Shown: positions 43,269 to 53,543, counted from the first letter of the stretch. The stretch: DNA of 64,000 nucleotides from Verrucomicrobiota bacterium (GCA_024233345.1 JACKPT010000005.1:105072-169071); one strand, 5' to 3'. Notes: generated by a model not told the origin, from the sequence alone. Translations and numbers: made by a program.

Positions 43269-43360
43269 TCAATCAGAACCATCACGGGTATGGGTGGGGC
43301 GCAGCACATACGTGGCCTTGATCCCGATTGGATGCTCACAACACAACAGGAGGAGCAGTC

Positions 43361-43480
43361 ATGGGTGATACCGGCAAAAAAGACAAGGGCAAGCGCGAAA
43401 CCCAGAAGAAGGCCAAATTGACTCCCAAGGAGAAACGGCAACAGAAGCGGGACAAAAAGCATGGTCCGGGGATGCTCTAA
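43361..43480 (+). CDS. Candidate small lysine-rich basic protein (39 aa)
   Basis: Consensus Shine-Dalgarno CAGGAGGAGCAGTC then ATG. MGDTGKKDKGKRETQKKAKLTPKEKRQQKRDKKHGPGML. The antisense 100-aa ORF looks non-coding. Confidence 0.35.
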   Translation: MGDTGKKDKGKRETQKKAKLTPKEKRQQKRDKKHGPGML

Positions 43481-43557
43481 CCCAGACCATGCAAGGGCCA
43501 CCAGGATCTCCCGACGGCATGTGCGGGCCGAGCGGATGATCAGGTCTGTGCGTCGGG

Positions 43558-44241
43558 TCACCTGGTGTTTTCTACCGCCTGGGTGATTGTCCGGGCCACC
43601 CGGGCGGATTGGTCCAGTACCAACTCATGACCGGTTTCCGCGTCCAACCAGGTTTCGCAACCGGGCATCAGATCCGGCCACGCGGTGAGTACTTGCGAAG
43701 GGATGATCTGGTCCTCTTCTCCATGGAGTGCGAGCACGGGAAAGGGCGCGGACTGAAGCTGGTTCCGCAGGTCTGTGTCGAGCAGGATCTGCAGGCCCTC
43801 GGTCAGGGCCTCGGTCGGGGTGGATGCGATGTCATCGATGCGCCGATTCAGAGCCTCATCGGCCAACCGTTTTGGGGCGGCTGATTTCCTGAAAAAATTC
43901 TCCAGCACCAATCTGCGATTCCGGGGCAGACCGCGCAGCATCACGTTGACCGCCCCGGGCGGTTGACCGGGAAACGAATGATCCGGGGGGCAGCAGAATT
44001 TGGGTGTGGATGAAATCAGCACACAGTGACGGCAACATGCGGGATGAGCGAGGGCATGGCGCAGGGCCTGCACACCACCGAGCGACCACCCGATCAGGAG
44101 CGCGGGCGGACCCGTGACCGGTAGCGCCTCGGCGGAAGTAATCATGACCTCGGTAAATCCACAGTCGTTCAGTGCCTCCTGCAGCGGTGTCATCGCGCTT
44201 GCAGGGTAGGCCCAGCCTGGCACCAGGTACACCGGGCTCAT
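43558..44241 (-). CDS. bioH: Alpha/beta hydrolase, probable pimeloyl-ACP methyl ester esterase
   Basis: Nucleophile elbow GWSLGG. Co-oriented with, and overlapping, bioF. Confidence 0.55.
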   Translation of the reverse strand: MSPVYLVPGWAYPASAMTPLQEALNDCGFTEVMITSAEALPVTGPPALLIGWSLGGVQALRHALAHPACCRHCVLISSTPKFCCPPDHSFPGQPPGAVNVMLRGLPRNRRLVLENFFRKSAAPKRLADEALNRRIDDIASTPTEALTEGLQILLDTDLRNQLQSAPFPVLALHGEEDQIIPSQVLTAWPDLMPGCETWLDAETGHELVLDQSARVARTITQAVENTR

Positions 44242-45428
44242 CAGCCGGCCTCCCCCCGGAGCGCGGCCAGCACCGCTTCGGCAACCTGGTCGATTTGGTC
44301 ATTTGTGTGATCCAGGCTGACCGATAGCCGCAGGCGGGCGGTACCGGGCGCCACGGTTGGGGGGCGCAGGGCGACCGCGAGAATACCCTGTTCGCGCAAC
44401 TGCCGGTCGATCGCCACCGCCTGGTGGTTGTCGCCGACAAGGACGGGAATAATCTGGGAGGCGGAGGCGAGGGTATCGGCTCCGCCTGCCTGGAGCCGGT
44501 CGCGAAGCCGGTGGGCTTTGGCCTGGAGAATCATACCAAGATCTGGGTCCTCATCGAGTAATCGCAAGGCCTCCAGTGAGGCTGCCACCGTCACCGGGGG
44601 AGGGGCGGTGGTATAAATGAAAGCGCGTGCCTTGTGGATCATCCATCGCCGCATCACCTCCGAGCAGGCAACTGCGCCCCCATATGTGCCCAATGCCTTG
44701 CTGAAGGTGGACATGGAAAAATGGACTTTGCTCTGCAGGTGGTGGGTGGCGATCAATCCCTGGCCCCGGGGTCCGAATACACCCGTTGCGTGCGCTTCAT
44801 CCACCAGGAAGAATGCCCCGATCGCTTCACAGCAATCAGCCAGATCAGGCAGGGGGGCGAGGTCGCCATCCATGCTGAAGACCGATTCGGTCACGACGAG
44901 GGTCTGATCGGGCCTGTCCACCTTCCTGAGCCGCCGGGCAAGATCTTCGGGATCATTGTGATGGAACCGGACCAGCCTGGCGCCGCTGAGCCGGACGGCA
45001 TCGATCACGCTGGCATGAATCTGCCGGTCGGCAACCACCGTCCAGTCGGACGAGCAGAGCGAGGCGATGACCCCGCAATTGGTCATATATCCTGATCCGA
45101 AAAGGAGTGACGCCGGGTAGCCCTTGTGCCGGGCCAGCGCGGCTTCCAGGTCCTGATGAATGGGAAGGTCGCCGGTAACCAGACGGGAAGCCCCGCTGCC
45201 GGTACCATACGTTTCGAGCGCATGGCGGGATGCTTCAATCAGCCGGGGATGGTGACTGAATCCCAGGTAGTCGTTGGAGGAAAAATTCAAGCAGATCCGA
45301 CCCTCGCACGCAAACGATCCGCCCGCCCGCGGGATTGTGCGCAGGGACCGGGAAAGTCCCTGCTCGCGGAGGGCGTCAAGTTCGCGCTCGACGCTGTTCC
45401 TCGGATGTGTGTTATGATCCCGGTTCAT
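44241..45428 (-). CDS. bioF: 8-amino-7-oxononanoate synthase
   Basis: Class-II aminotransferase fold with the PLP lysine block STFSKALGTYGG. Confidence 0.85.
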   Translation of the reverse strand: MNRDHNTHPRNSVERELDALREQGLSRSLRTIPRAGGSFACEGRICLNFSSNDYLGFSHHPRLIEASRHALETYGTGSGASRLVTGDLPIHQDLEAALARHKGYPASLLFGSGYMTNCGVIASLCSSDWTVVADRQIHASVIDAVRLSGARLVRFHHNDPEDLARRLRKVDRPDQTLVVTESVFSMDGDLAPLPDLADCCEAIGAFFLVDEAHATGVFGPRGQGLIATHHLQSKVHFSMSTFSKALGTYGGAVACSEVMRRWMIHKARAFIYTTAPPPVTVAASLEALRLLDEDPDLGMILQAKAHRLRDRLQAGGADTLASASQIIPVLVGDNHQAVAIDRQLREQGILAVALRPPTVAPGTARLRLSVSLDHTNDQIDQVAEAVLAALRGEAG

Positions 45429-45453
45429 GTTGCGAGGTCGACTGTAGGAGAGA

Positions 45454-46467
45454 ATGATGACTCAGACAAGTGATGCTGTTGTGAATTGGATGGAATTGGC
45501 GGAAAAGTGCCTGAACGGGGAGGCGCCCACCTGGGAGGAATCCCGCCAGGTACTTCGGGCGCCTGACGCCGAAATCATGCAGGTGCTCGCGGCGGCATTC
45601 AAGGTGCGCCATCATTTCCATGGATGGAATGTCAATCTTCATGTCCTCCGCAATGCCAAGAGCGGTATGTGCCGGGAAAATTGTGCATTTTGCAGCCAGG
45701 CGATGGGTGCATACAGCGGGGTCGAGCGGTATCACCTCCAATCAGTGGACGAGCTGGTGGCGGGAGCCCGCAGTGCCTATGAGATGAAGGCGGTCAAATA
45801 CTGCATGGTGACCGCGACCCGGGGGCCTTCGGAAAAGGAATTGGAAATCATCTGCGAGGCAACCCGCCGCATCAAAAAGGACATGAATATCAGCATTTGT
45901 ACTTCACTTGGACTGCTCAAACCCGAACAGGCACGGCAGTTGGCGGACGCCGGTGTCGACCGATTCAACCACAACCTCGAGACCTCCCGCCGTTACTACC
46001 AGGAAGTTTGCCAGACCCATACCTTCGATGACCGGGTGGCCACCATCCGTGCCGCGAAGGAGGCGGGCATGGAAGCCTGCTGTGGAGGAATTGTCGGTAT
46101 GGGGGAGACCGAGGACGACCGATTGGACCTCGCCTATACCTTACGTGAGCTCCAGGTGGAGTCCATCCCCGTCAACTTTCTCGATCCCCGTCCTGGCACC
46201 CCGCTGGGCCATTTGGAACAGATTCGTCCACTGGATGCCCTGAAATCCCTGTGCATGTTTCGTTTCGTCAATCCTTCACGGGATATCCGGATCGCTGGTG
46301 GGCGGGAGGTCGTCTTGCGCCAGATGCAGCCTTTCGCCCTGTATGCCGCGAATTCCATGTTCACCGAGGGTTATCTAACCACCGGAGGAAATGGCTACAG
46401 CCGGGATTGCGAATTGATCGCCGATGCCGGCTTTGTCATTGCCGAGTTGGTCCACGATGAGCACTGA
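45454..46467 (+). CDS. bioB: Biotin synthase (radical SAM)
   Basis: CRENCAFCSQA radical-SAM CxxxCxxC and YNHNLETS. Divergent from bioF. Confidence 0.9.
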   Translation: MMTQTSDAVVNWMELAEKCLNGEAPTWEESRQVLRAPDAEIMQVLAAAFKVRHHFHGWNVNLHVLRNAKSGMCRENCAFCSQAMGAYSGVERYHLQSVDELVAGARSAYEMKAVKYCMVTATRGPSEKELEIICEATRRIKKDMNISICTSLGLLKPEQARQLADAGVDRFNHNLETSRRYYQEVCQTHTFDDRVATIRAAKEAGMEACCGGIVGMGETEDDRLDLAYTLRELQVESIPVNFLDPRPGTPLGHLEQIRPLDALKSLCMFRFVNPSRDIRIAGGREVVLRQMQPFALYAANSMFTEGYLTTGGNGYSRDCELIADAGFVIAELVHDEH

Positions 46468-46570
46468 GTTTCTTCCGTTCATGGCGTGTGCAGATTCCCT
46501 GTAAGGGCAGGCACCGTCCCCCGACTATCCCCCTGTGTGAAGTGGAACTTTCACCAGGCTGAGGTAAGGT

Positions 46571-47137
46571 ATGACGATGAAACGATGGATCATGGCAAGT
46601 GTGGCGGTTGTGGGTTTGACCACCCTGGTCGCCTGGTCCAGCAGCAACCGGGAATCAACCGCGGGGAAAACCATGCAACTCTATGTGTATGAACAGGACG
46701 CACTGATCGAAGTGCAACCCATCCAGAAGTCAGACGCGGAATGGCGAAAGGAACTTTCCCCCGAGCGGTACCGTGTTTTGCGGGGCGAAGGAACCGAGTG
46801 TGCCTTTACCGGTGCCCTGGAGGGGAACAAGAAGGAAGGCCTCTACCGCTGCGGGGGTTGCGGCTCGGATCTGTTTGTTTCAACCACCAAATTCGAATCC
46901 GGCACCGGATGGCCCAGCTTTTTTCAACCGGTACACGAGAACAATATCGGAACCACGGTGGATTACAAAATGGGCGCATTTTATCCGCGCACCGAAGTTC
47001 ACTGCGCCCGGTGCGGCGGGCACCTCGGGCATGTATTTGAGGATGGCCCCAAGCCGACCGGCCTGCGGTATTGCATCAACTCCGCTGCCATGGATTTTGT
47101 GGAAATGCCCATTCGGGACAAATCAATCGATCCTTGA
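46571..47137 (+). CDS. msrB: Peptide-methionine (R)-S-oxide reductase with an N-terminal signal/lipoprotein-like leader
   Basis: CGGCGSDLF...[16 protein letters not shown] (Zn site) and the catalytic RYCINSA. Confidence 0.85.
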   Translation: MTMKRWIMASVAVVGLTTLVAWSSSNRESTAGKTMQLYVYEQDALIEVQPIQKSDAEWRKELSPERYRVLRGEGTECAFTGALEGNKKEGLYRCGGCGSDLFVSTTKFESGTGWPSFFQPVHENNIGTTVDYKMGAFYPRTEVHCARCGGHLGHVFEDGPKPTGLRYCINSAAMDFVEMPIRDKSIDP

Positions 47138-47298
47138 CCGGGATCGTTCACGAACGACTGGCATGGTCCGCTTCGGCGGCTGTGCGGGCATGGTTCCGCA
47201 CTGGATACCCATCGAGCAAGAATTCGCGATTGGACCTGGCGGCAACCTGCGCTACGATGGGCGCGCCGCGTATACTGCGGCGGAGGCGGGAGAATTTC

Positions 47299-48297
47299 AT
47301 GACAAGGTATCTGGCAAAAACCGTGGGTCTATTCGTGGCGATAACGTCCATCCTGATTGGCCCGATTGCATCCATCGCAACCCCATACCGGGCTGAATTG
47401 TTGTCGGTGATCAGTGAACTGCAGGGCCTCGCCACCGGAACCTACAGCGAGGAGGAGTGGACGGGACTGATATCCCGTCTCGATGCGGTGTACCGAAATG
47501 CTCTGTCCGAGGGGGATTCGGATATGGCTGTCCGGGCCAAAGTGATCAAGGCGCGGACCCTGTCTGAAATGCGGAGCCAGCATGAGGCGGCTCTGGCGGA
47601 GTTGGCGGAGGTGCGGCGTGCGTTTGCCAACCGCGAACTGCCCGAGTCCTATCGCGGATTGTTTATGGAAGAGGCGTCGATTCATGGCCGTATTGGCGAT
47701 GAGCCTGCGGTCATGAAGGTGATGAATGAATACAAGGCCAGTAGCCTCTACGATCCCGAGCAGTATCCGATCCTTGGGGGCAGCGGTCCCGGCGATCCCA
47801 TCATCATGGTACGACCGAATGCAGGGGGGGCGGAGTCTTCCACCCTGGCCGCGATGGGGGTTCAGCGAAAACGAGCCGAGTTCTCCGCTGGTGAGTTGTT
47901 CCCGGTCTTCGAGGTGGTGGACAGCAAGGGCAAGACGCACTCCCTGTCCGACTATGAAGGCCAGATCTTGCTCGTTGATTTCTGGATTGAAAGTTGGTCG
48001 AGCTGGGAACGGTCCCTACCGTCGATGATGCGTTTGTATGATGTTTACCGGAAGCGGGACTTCGCGATTCTCGGAGTCTGTCTCGCCCGAGGGGATGCCG
48101 AAGCGAGCCGGGCTTTTGCCCGCAAACGGGAGATGAAGTGGCCCCAGGTGTTCGGCGATGTTGATCTGGCGGCGCAGTTGGGACTGATTGGTACGGTGGG
48201 AAACTTCATTGTCGATGAGCATGGGTTGATTGTGGGGCGCGACCTGTACGGCGCCGATCTGGAAAGTCTGATCCAGAAGTTGATCGACGATCGTTGA
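47299..48297 (+). CDS. TlpA/redoxin-like thioredoxin-fold protein with a Cys-less active site (WSSW instead of WCxPC), plus an N-terminal ~200-aa unknown domain
   Basis: GGGAGAA Shine-Dalgarno then ATG at 47299. ILLVDFWIESWSSWERSLPSMMRLYDVY aligns to the TlpA FWASWCGPC block. Confidence 0.6.
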   Translation: MTRYLAKTVGLFVAITSILIGPIASIATPYRAELLSVISELQGLATGTYSEEEWTGLISRLDAVYRNALSEGDSDMAVRAKVIKARTLSEMRSQHEAALAELAEVRRAFANRELPESYRGLFMEEASIHGRIGDEPAVMKVMNEYKASSLYDPEQYPILGGSGPGDPIIMVRPNAGGAESSTLAAMGVQRKRAEFSAGELFPVFEVVDSKGKTHSLSDYEGQILLVDFWIESWSSWERSLPSMMRLYDVYRKRDFAILGVCLARGDAEASRAFARKREMKWPQVFGDVDLAAQLGLIGTVGNFIVDEHGLIVGRDLYGADLESLIQKLIDDR

Positions 48298-48301
48298 TGA
48301 A

Positions 48302-48877
48302 ATGGCCTCTCCGCTTGCACATGGGATGGTTGGGCTGGCGGTGACGGCCTGGGCCTGGTTGCCCTCGGGGATTCGAAGCCGGGATCTTGTATCCGAAGTT
48401 CTCCGAAGACCCGGCCTGTGGGTCGCGGGGATTCTGCTTGCCTCGCTTCCGGATCTGGATTACCTGCCCGGCATTCTTGCCGGCGACCTGAACGCTTACC
48501 ACCATCTGGCCACCCATTCGATCCTCTGGATTGCCACCACCGGATCGGGCTTGTTGTTATTGGCTTGGGCGATCACCAACCGGATATCCCTGCGGGTTAT
48601 TCTTTGGGTCATGACCTTGCTGGCCAGCCATCTGGTGATCGATATGCTGACTGTTGATGGGCGTCCCCCGCTGGGGATTCCCCTGGTCTGGCCCTGGTCC
48701 GGTGAATCCTTCCAATTTCCGGTTTTGATCTTCGAGGGCTTTCAGAAAAAGAACTGGTACGATATCTGGCAATGGGCCAATCTGCACGTTCTGGGAGTGG
48801 AATTGCTATGGACTCTTCCGGTCCTCGTCGCAACCCTGACGATCAAAACATGCAACAGGAAAGGTGAGCTGACATGA
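48302..48877 (+). CDS. Membrane-bound metal-dependent hydrolase-like protein (YdjM/DUF457-like)
   Basis: 191 aa, several TM helices, His-rich loops. Confidence 0.5.
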   Translation: MASPLAHGMVGLAVTAWAWLPSGIRSRDLVSEVLRRPGLWVAGILLASLPDLDYLPGILAGDLNAYHHLATHSILWIATTGSGLLLLAWAITNRISLRVILWVMTLLASHLVIDMLTVDGRPPLGIPLVWPWSGESFQFPVLIFEGFQKKNWYDIWQWANLHVLGVELLWTLPVLVATLTIKTCNRKGELT

Positions 48878-49740
48878 ACCTTGCAGTAGTGGGTGCCAAT
48901 GGAATGTTGGGACAGGATTTGAACCGTGCGGCCCAGGTCCGGGGGATCACGATGGCGGGGTTTGACCTTCCGGAAATTGATCTTTGCCGCCCCGACTCGC
49001 TCGCCGTCCTTCCGGCGGTTGATGCGGTGATCAATTGTGCCGCTTATACCCGGGTGGATGATGCCGAAACGGATCGGGAACCCGCGTGGAGAATCAATGC
49101 AGAGGGTGCTGGGAACCTCGCCCGATGGTGTGCGGCTCATGCCATTCCGTTGATCCATATCAGTACCGATTATGTCTACAACGGCCGCAAGGGGTCACCG
49201 TATGTCGAAACTGACGAGACCGATCCCCTGAGCTATTATGGTCAAAGTAAGTTGGGCGGCGAGGTTGAGGTGCAACGGGCCGGAGGCAAAACCTGTATTG
49301 TGCGAACCCAATCCCTGTACGGACTGGGCGGCCGGAATTTTGTGAAGGCGATTCTGAATCAGATCCTGAAGGGCAGGACCGAGCTGACCGTGGTGAGTGA
49401 TCAGGTCTCCTGTCCGACCTATACCCTGCACCTTGCCGAAGGACTGCTGAACCTGATCCAGGCCCAGGCCACCGGCGTGGTTCATCTCGCTGCGGCCGGG
49501 GGATGCTCCTGGCATGAATTCGCCTGTGCGATCGTCGAGGAAGTCGGGGCCGCTGTTGATGTGAAACCGATGCATGCTTCCAGCTTGAACTATCCCGCGC
49601 CGCGTCCGGCCTATTCGGTACTGGATACATCCCGGTACCAGTCCCTCACCCATGCCACGATGCCGACCTGGCGCCAGGGATTACAAGCGTACCTGGAGGA
49701 GGAACCCATGGTTGTGGAGCTGAAGCAGTCTAATGGGTGA
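48874..49740 (+). CDS. rfbD: dTDP-4-dehydrorhamnose reductase
   Basis: MNLAVVGANGMLGQDL Rossmann motif, YxxxK, 288 aa. Confidence 0.85.
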   Translation: MNLAVVGANGMLGQDLNRAAQVRGITMAGFDLPEIDLCRPDSLAVLPAVDAVINCAAYTRVDDAETDREPAWRINAEGAGNLARWCAAHAIPLIHISTDYVYNGRKGSPYVETDETDPLSYYGQSKLGGEVEVQRAGGKTCIVRTQSLYGLGGRNFVKAILNQILKGRTELTVVSDQVSCPTYTLHLAEGLLNLIQAQATGVVHLAAAGGCSWHEFACAIVEEVGAAVDVKPMHASSLNYPAPRPAYSVLDTSRYQSLTHATMPTWRQGLQAYLEEEPMVVELKQSNG

Positions 49741-51343
49741 GGGTGGGATGCCCGGAGGGATCCGGGGGTGGGCGCTGCTGTTTGCCTTCGCCTCCCTTCA
49801 GCCTGCCTACGGGGTGGTGATTACCGGGATGGAGTGGCAGGTTCTGTTCAATCTGCCCGATCAATCGTCCTCGTCCGGGTTTTCCGATGACGAGTTTCGC
49901 TTGAAACTGCATTTGGTGGAGCGCCTTGCCGCCCTGGGCAGTAACGATGTGGCCACCCTTGCCACCTATACGTTCAGTGGGAATGAGAGCGGGGCCGGGC
50001 GGTATCTGTATGAGATGGACCGGGCGCTTGCCCGGGGAGCATGGATCCGGATGATTGCCGATAGCGAGGTCAACGCCGCCACCACCTATTCAAACAATGA
50101 AGATGCCCAGGGCCGCTCGCTCAACCAATTGGCCGCTACCTATCCGGCCCGCTTTACCTATGTCGAGGATGACAGTGTCTACGGCATCCATCACAATAAG
50201 TTGGGCCTGTTCGATTATCGTCCGAGCGGCGCCGGGGGAACCCGGTGCTTTGTCTCCTCATTCAACCTGACCGGGGCTAGTTCATTTCAGTGGAATATCG
50301 CAGTCGATCTTCCGGACCCGGATCTGTATGATGCCTACCTGCTTGAGGCGGAGTCCTTGTTGGCGGGACATTTTCACGACGACCCGGCCAAAAGTCATGC
50401 GGCCGATCAATCGCCCTTTGTTGTGGATGGCTATTATCTCAACCGGGTCCGGTTCTCTCCATCGCCCGACCCGTCGGATGGGGGAACCAACACCGCCGCT
50501 GAAGTGGTGAGCCTGGTGAATGCGGCGCGCACCAGCATTGTCTTTGCCATCAATCATTTGACCCTGGAGTCTGTCCAGCAGGCACTGGTCGCGGCGGCGG
50601 ACCGGGGGGTGGTGATCCACGGTACCATCCCCGGTTCCTCCTCCAAGCCAGGCGGCATCAGTGAAGAGGCCTACCGCTTTCTGACCAATGCGACCCACTA
50701 TGCCGGAACCAATGTGGTTCAATTTCATACCGCGTATGCCAAGGCGGATCGCACCATGGTCGATGATGGTTCGATTGGAGATCTGCTGCATGCGAAGTAC
50801 ATGGTGATCGATCGCCTGACGGTTATTCATGGCTCGATGAATTGGACCTATTCCGCGATGCAGGATGATGACCAGAATGATGAAAATATGTTGATCCTCC
50901 GTCATCCGGGGATTGCCCGGGCATTTCTGGAGCAGTATGAAGCCCTGACCGGCTGGCCGGCGGCCGCCGAACTGCCGGCCGCCCCCGCCGACTATGGGCA
51001 ATGGAAGCTGGCCCATGATGTTGCCACGCAGACGGACGAGTCCGATCAGGATGGCGATGGCCTGACCCTGTGGCAGGAATACGCGTTCGCCGAAGATCCG
51101 CATACCGCCCGCGGGGTAGGGGGGATTGTCAGCCAATCCGGATCCTCCGGGTTTGATGTGTTGTACCCCGCGACGCGGACCCAGATTACCTACCGCGCCG
51201 AAGCTGCATCCGCCCTGAGTCCCTCGCCGAACTGGTCCACCAACCAGGTTCTCTGGTTCCATACCCATGGCCGCTTGCGCGTTCAGTTGACCGACCCGTC
51301 TGCCGATTTGCGGTTTATCCGGGTCCGGGCTGATGGGCTTTGA
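49733..51343 (+). CDS. Secreted phospholipase D-superfamily protein (two HKD motifs)
   Basis: Signal peptide. HHNKLGLFD and HAKYMVIDRLTVIHGSMN HKD motifs. Confidence 0.75.
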   Translation: MGEGGMPGGIRGWALLFAFASLQPAYGVVITGMEWQVLFNLPDQSSSSGFSDDEFRLKLHLVERLAALGSNDVATLATYTFSGNESGAGRYLYEMDRALARGAWIRMIADSEVNAATTYSNNEDAQGRSLNQLAATYPARFTYVEDDSVYGIHHNKLGLFDYRPSGAGGTRCFVSSFNLTGASSFQWNIAVDLPDPDLYDAYLLEAESLLAGHFHDDPAKSHAADQSPFVVDGYYLNRVRFSPSPDPSDGGTNTAAEVVSLVNAARTSIVFAINHLTLESVQQALVAAADRGVVIHGTIPGSSSKPGGISEEAYRFLTNATHYAGTNVVQFHTAYAKADRTMVDDGSIGDLLHAKYMVIDRLTVIHGSMNWTYSAMQDDDQNDENMLILRHPGIARAFLEQYEALTGWPAAAELPAAPADYGQWKLAHDVATQTDESDQDGDGLTLWQEYAFAEDPHTARGVGGIVSQSGSSGFDVLYPATRTQITYRAEAASALSPSPNWSTNQVLWFHTHGRLRVQLTDPSADLRFIRVRADGL

Positions 51344-51432
51344 ACCGGAGGATGCGGTGGTGACCGGGTTGCTTTTTCCCGCTTATTTTTTATAGTGCCC
51401 AAAAATCAACCCAAACCAAGGAGACCGAATCA

Positions 51433-52257
51433 ATGGAAGAAGTGAATCACTGGATGACTACCGCACAGCAATGGATTGCCCTCTATGGCCTGAAACTGAT
51501 TGCCGCGATCGCGATACTGATCCTTGGCCGCATCGCCGCAAAAATTGTTCGTGGCGCGATCAGCAAGGCCATGACCCGCGGAAATGTCGACCCTACACTG
51601 GTGCGGTTTGTCACCAACCTTGCCTACATTGGTTTGATGGCGTTTGTCGTGATCGCCGCGTTGGGGCAAGTGGGTATCCAGACGGCATCCTTTGTTGCGA
51701 TCATTGGTGCCGCCGGCCTCGCGGTGGGTCTGGCTTTACAGGGTTCCCTGTCCAATTTTGCCGCCGGAGTTTTGATGATTGTGTTCAAACCCTTCAAGGT
51801 CGGTGACTTTATCGAGGGAGCGGGAACGGCCGGCGTGGTCGAGGAAATCGGTATCTTTACCACCCAGCTGAAAACCGGCGACAACAAGAAAATCATCGTT
51901 CCCAACGCCAAGATCTCGGGTGATAACATTGTCAATTATTCCGCCAATGACACCCGCCGTCTGGACCTGACCGCTTCCTGCAGTTACCAGGATGACCTCG
52001 ATCAGGTTCGCAAGGTCCTGGAGAAAATTCTGGCCGGGGACGAACGGATTCTCAAAGATCCTGCTCCCACCCTTGGCGTCCTGAACCTCGGGGAAAGCAG
52101 CGTCGATTTTGCGGTTCGCCCCTGGGTGAAGACGTCGGACTATTGGCCGGTGCACTTTGCCTTGCAGGAAGCGATCAAGAAACAATTTGATGCCGCAGGC
52201 ATTTCCATTCCCTTTCCCCAGCGCGATATCCATGTGGTGAATGAGAAGTCGGCATAA
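51433..52257 (+). CDS. mscS: Small-conductance mechanosensitive channel
   Basis: 3 TM helices then the MscS beta domain FKVGDFIE...NYS. Confidence 0.85.
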   Translation: MEEVNHWMTTAQQWIALYGLKLIAAIAILILGRIAAKIVRGAISKAMTRGNVDPTLVRFVTNLAYIGLMAFVVIAALGQVGIQTASFVAIIGAAGLAVGLALQGSLSNFAAGVLMIVFKPFKVGDFIEGAGTAGVVEEIGIFTTQLKTGDNKKIIVPNAKISGDNIVNYSANDTRRLDLTASCSYQDDLDQVRKVLEKILAGDERILKDPAPTLGVLNLGESSVDFAVRPWVKTSDYWPVHFALQEAIKKQFDAAGISIPFPQRDIHVVNEKSA

Positions 52258-52430
52258 TCACGGGGAGCACCTGGGCGGAAGTCCGGTTTGTCAGCAGGAC
52301 GCGTGACATCCTTGGCGTACGCCCATGCCCCCTTCCGGATCTGTCGTGTTCTGGTTCGAGGAGGATCTGAAAGCATGCTCCCTGCGGGTTTCGCTTGTCC
52401 TGGAAACGTTGCACGGGTAACCCTTGGGTC

Positions 52431-53543
52431 ATGAATCGTTCCTGGATTGAAGTCGACGGGCGTGTGCTGGATGCCAATGTGCAGGCGGTACGGCAGGCGT
52501 TGGGGGAGGCAACCCAGCCCATCCTGGTCGTGAAAGCCAATGCCTATGGACATGGATTGGCGCCTTTTTCACAGCGGGCGGCTCAGCAGGGAATTTCCTG
52601 GTTTGCCGTGGCCTATGCCGACGAGGCGGTGGTGGTTCGAAGCGTCGCACCAGAGGCCACCATCCTCGTGTTGGGGGCGGCTGACCATGAGGATATCGAT
52701 AGCATTCTCGATGCCCGAATGACCCCGGTCCTTATCGATCTCGCGCATGGGCATCGCCTCAGTGCCGCGGCCGTTCGCCGGGGTGTCCGGATTCCTGTAC
52801 ATGTCAAGGTGGATACCGGGATGGGCCGGTTCGGCATTCCATGGGACCAGGCGGTAGCGCAGTTTGCCGATCTGGACCGGCTTCCCGGACTGGACATTCA
52901 GGGCTTGTGCACCCACTTTGCATCCGTCGAGCTTGGCCGCCCCTCGCTGGGTCCCCAGCAAATGGAGCGGTTCATGGAACTCCGCGAGCGCCTCGGGAAA
53001 ATCTCGCGACAAAAATTGTTCTGCCATGCCTCGAGCAGCCGGGCCTTTCTATTCAATCGGGGGTGGGATCTCGACGGCGTGCGTCCGGGCATTGTGCTCT
53101 ATGGGTATGGGGCTTCCCAGCCGGACTTCCGGTTTATCACCCGGCCGATTTTGCAATGGAAGACCCGGGTCATGATGGTCAAGGATGTGCCCGCCAATTT
53201 CCCGGTTGGTTATTACAGCAGTTATACCACCAAGCGGGCCACGCGGATTGCCACGATTTCCGCAGGCTATGCCGATGGCTATCACCGATTGCTCAGCAAC
53301 CGTGGTGTCGTCTTTCTTCGGGGAAAGTCCTATCCGGTGGTGGGGCGGGTCAGCATGAACTGGATCACCGTGGATCTCGGGCCGGAGGGCGAGGCGGAGC
53401 CGGGAGATGCCGTCACCCTCCTGGGGGCGGCAGGTGAACAATCTTTCTGGGCGGATGAAATGGCCAAACAGGCCCGCACCATTCCCTATGAAATTCTCAC
53501 CAGCATTGATCCACGGGCCGAGCGAATCTACCTCAAGGGATAG
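52431..53543 (+). CDS. alr: Alanine racemase
   Basis: VVKANAYGHG PLP-lysine motif. Start chosen at MNRSWIEVDG (the ORF track starts 12 codons earlier). Confidence 0.85.
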   Translation: MNRSWIEVDGRVLDANVQAVRQALGEATQPILVVKANAYGHGLAPFSQRAAQQGISWFAVAYADEAVVVRSVAPEATILVLGAADHEDIDSILDARMTPVLIDLAHGHRLSAAAVRRGVRIPVHVKVDTGMGRFGIPWDQAVAQFADLDRLPGLDIQGLCTHFASVELGRPSLGPQQMERFMELRERLGKISRQKLFCHASSSRAFLFNRGWDLDGVRPGIVLYGYGASQPDFRFITRPILQWKTRVMMVKDVPANFPVGYYSSYTTKRATRIATISAGYADGYHRLLSNRGVVFLRGKSYPVVGRVSMNWITVDLGPEGEAEPGDAVTLLGAAGEQSFWADEMAKQARTIPYEILTSIDPRAERIYLKG

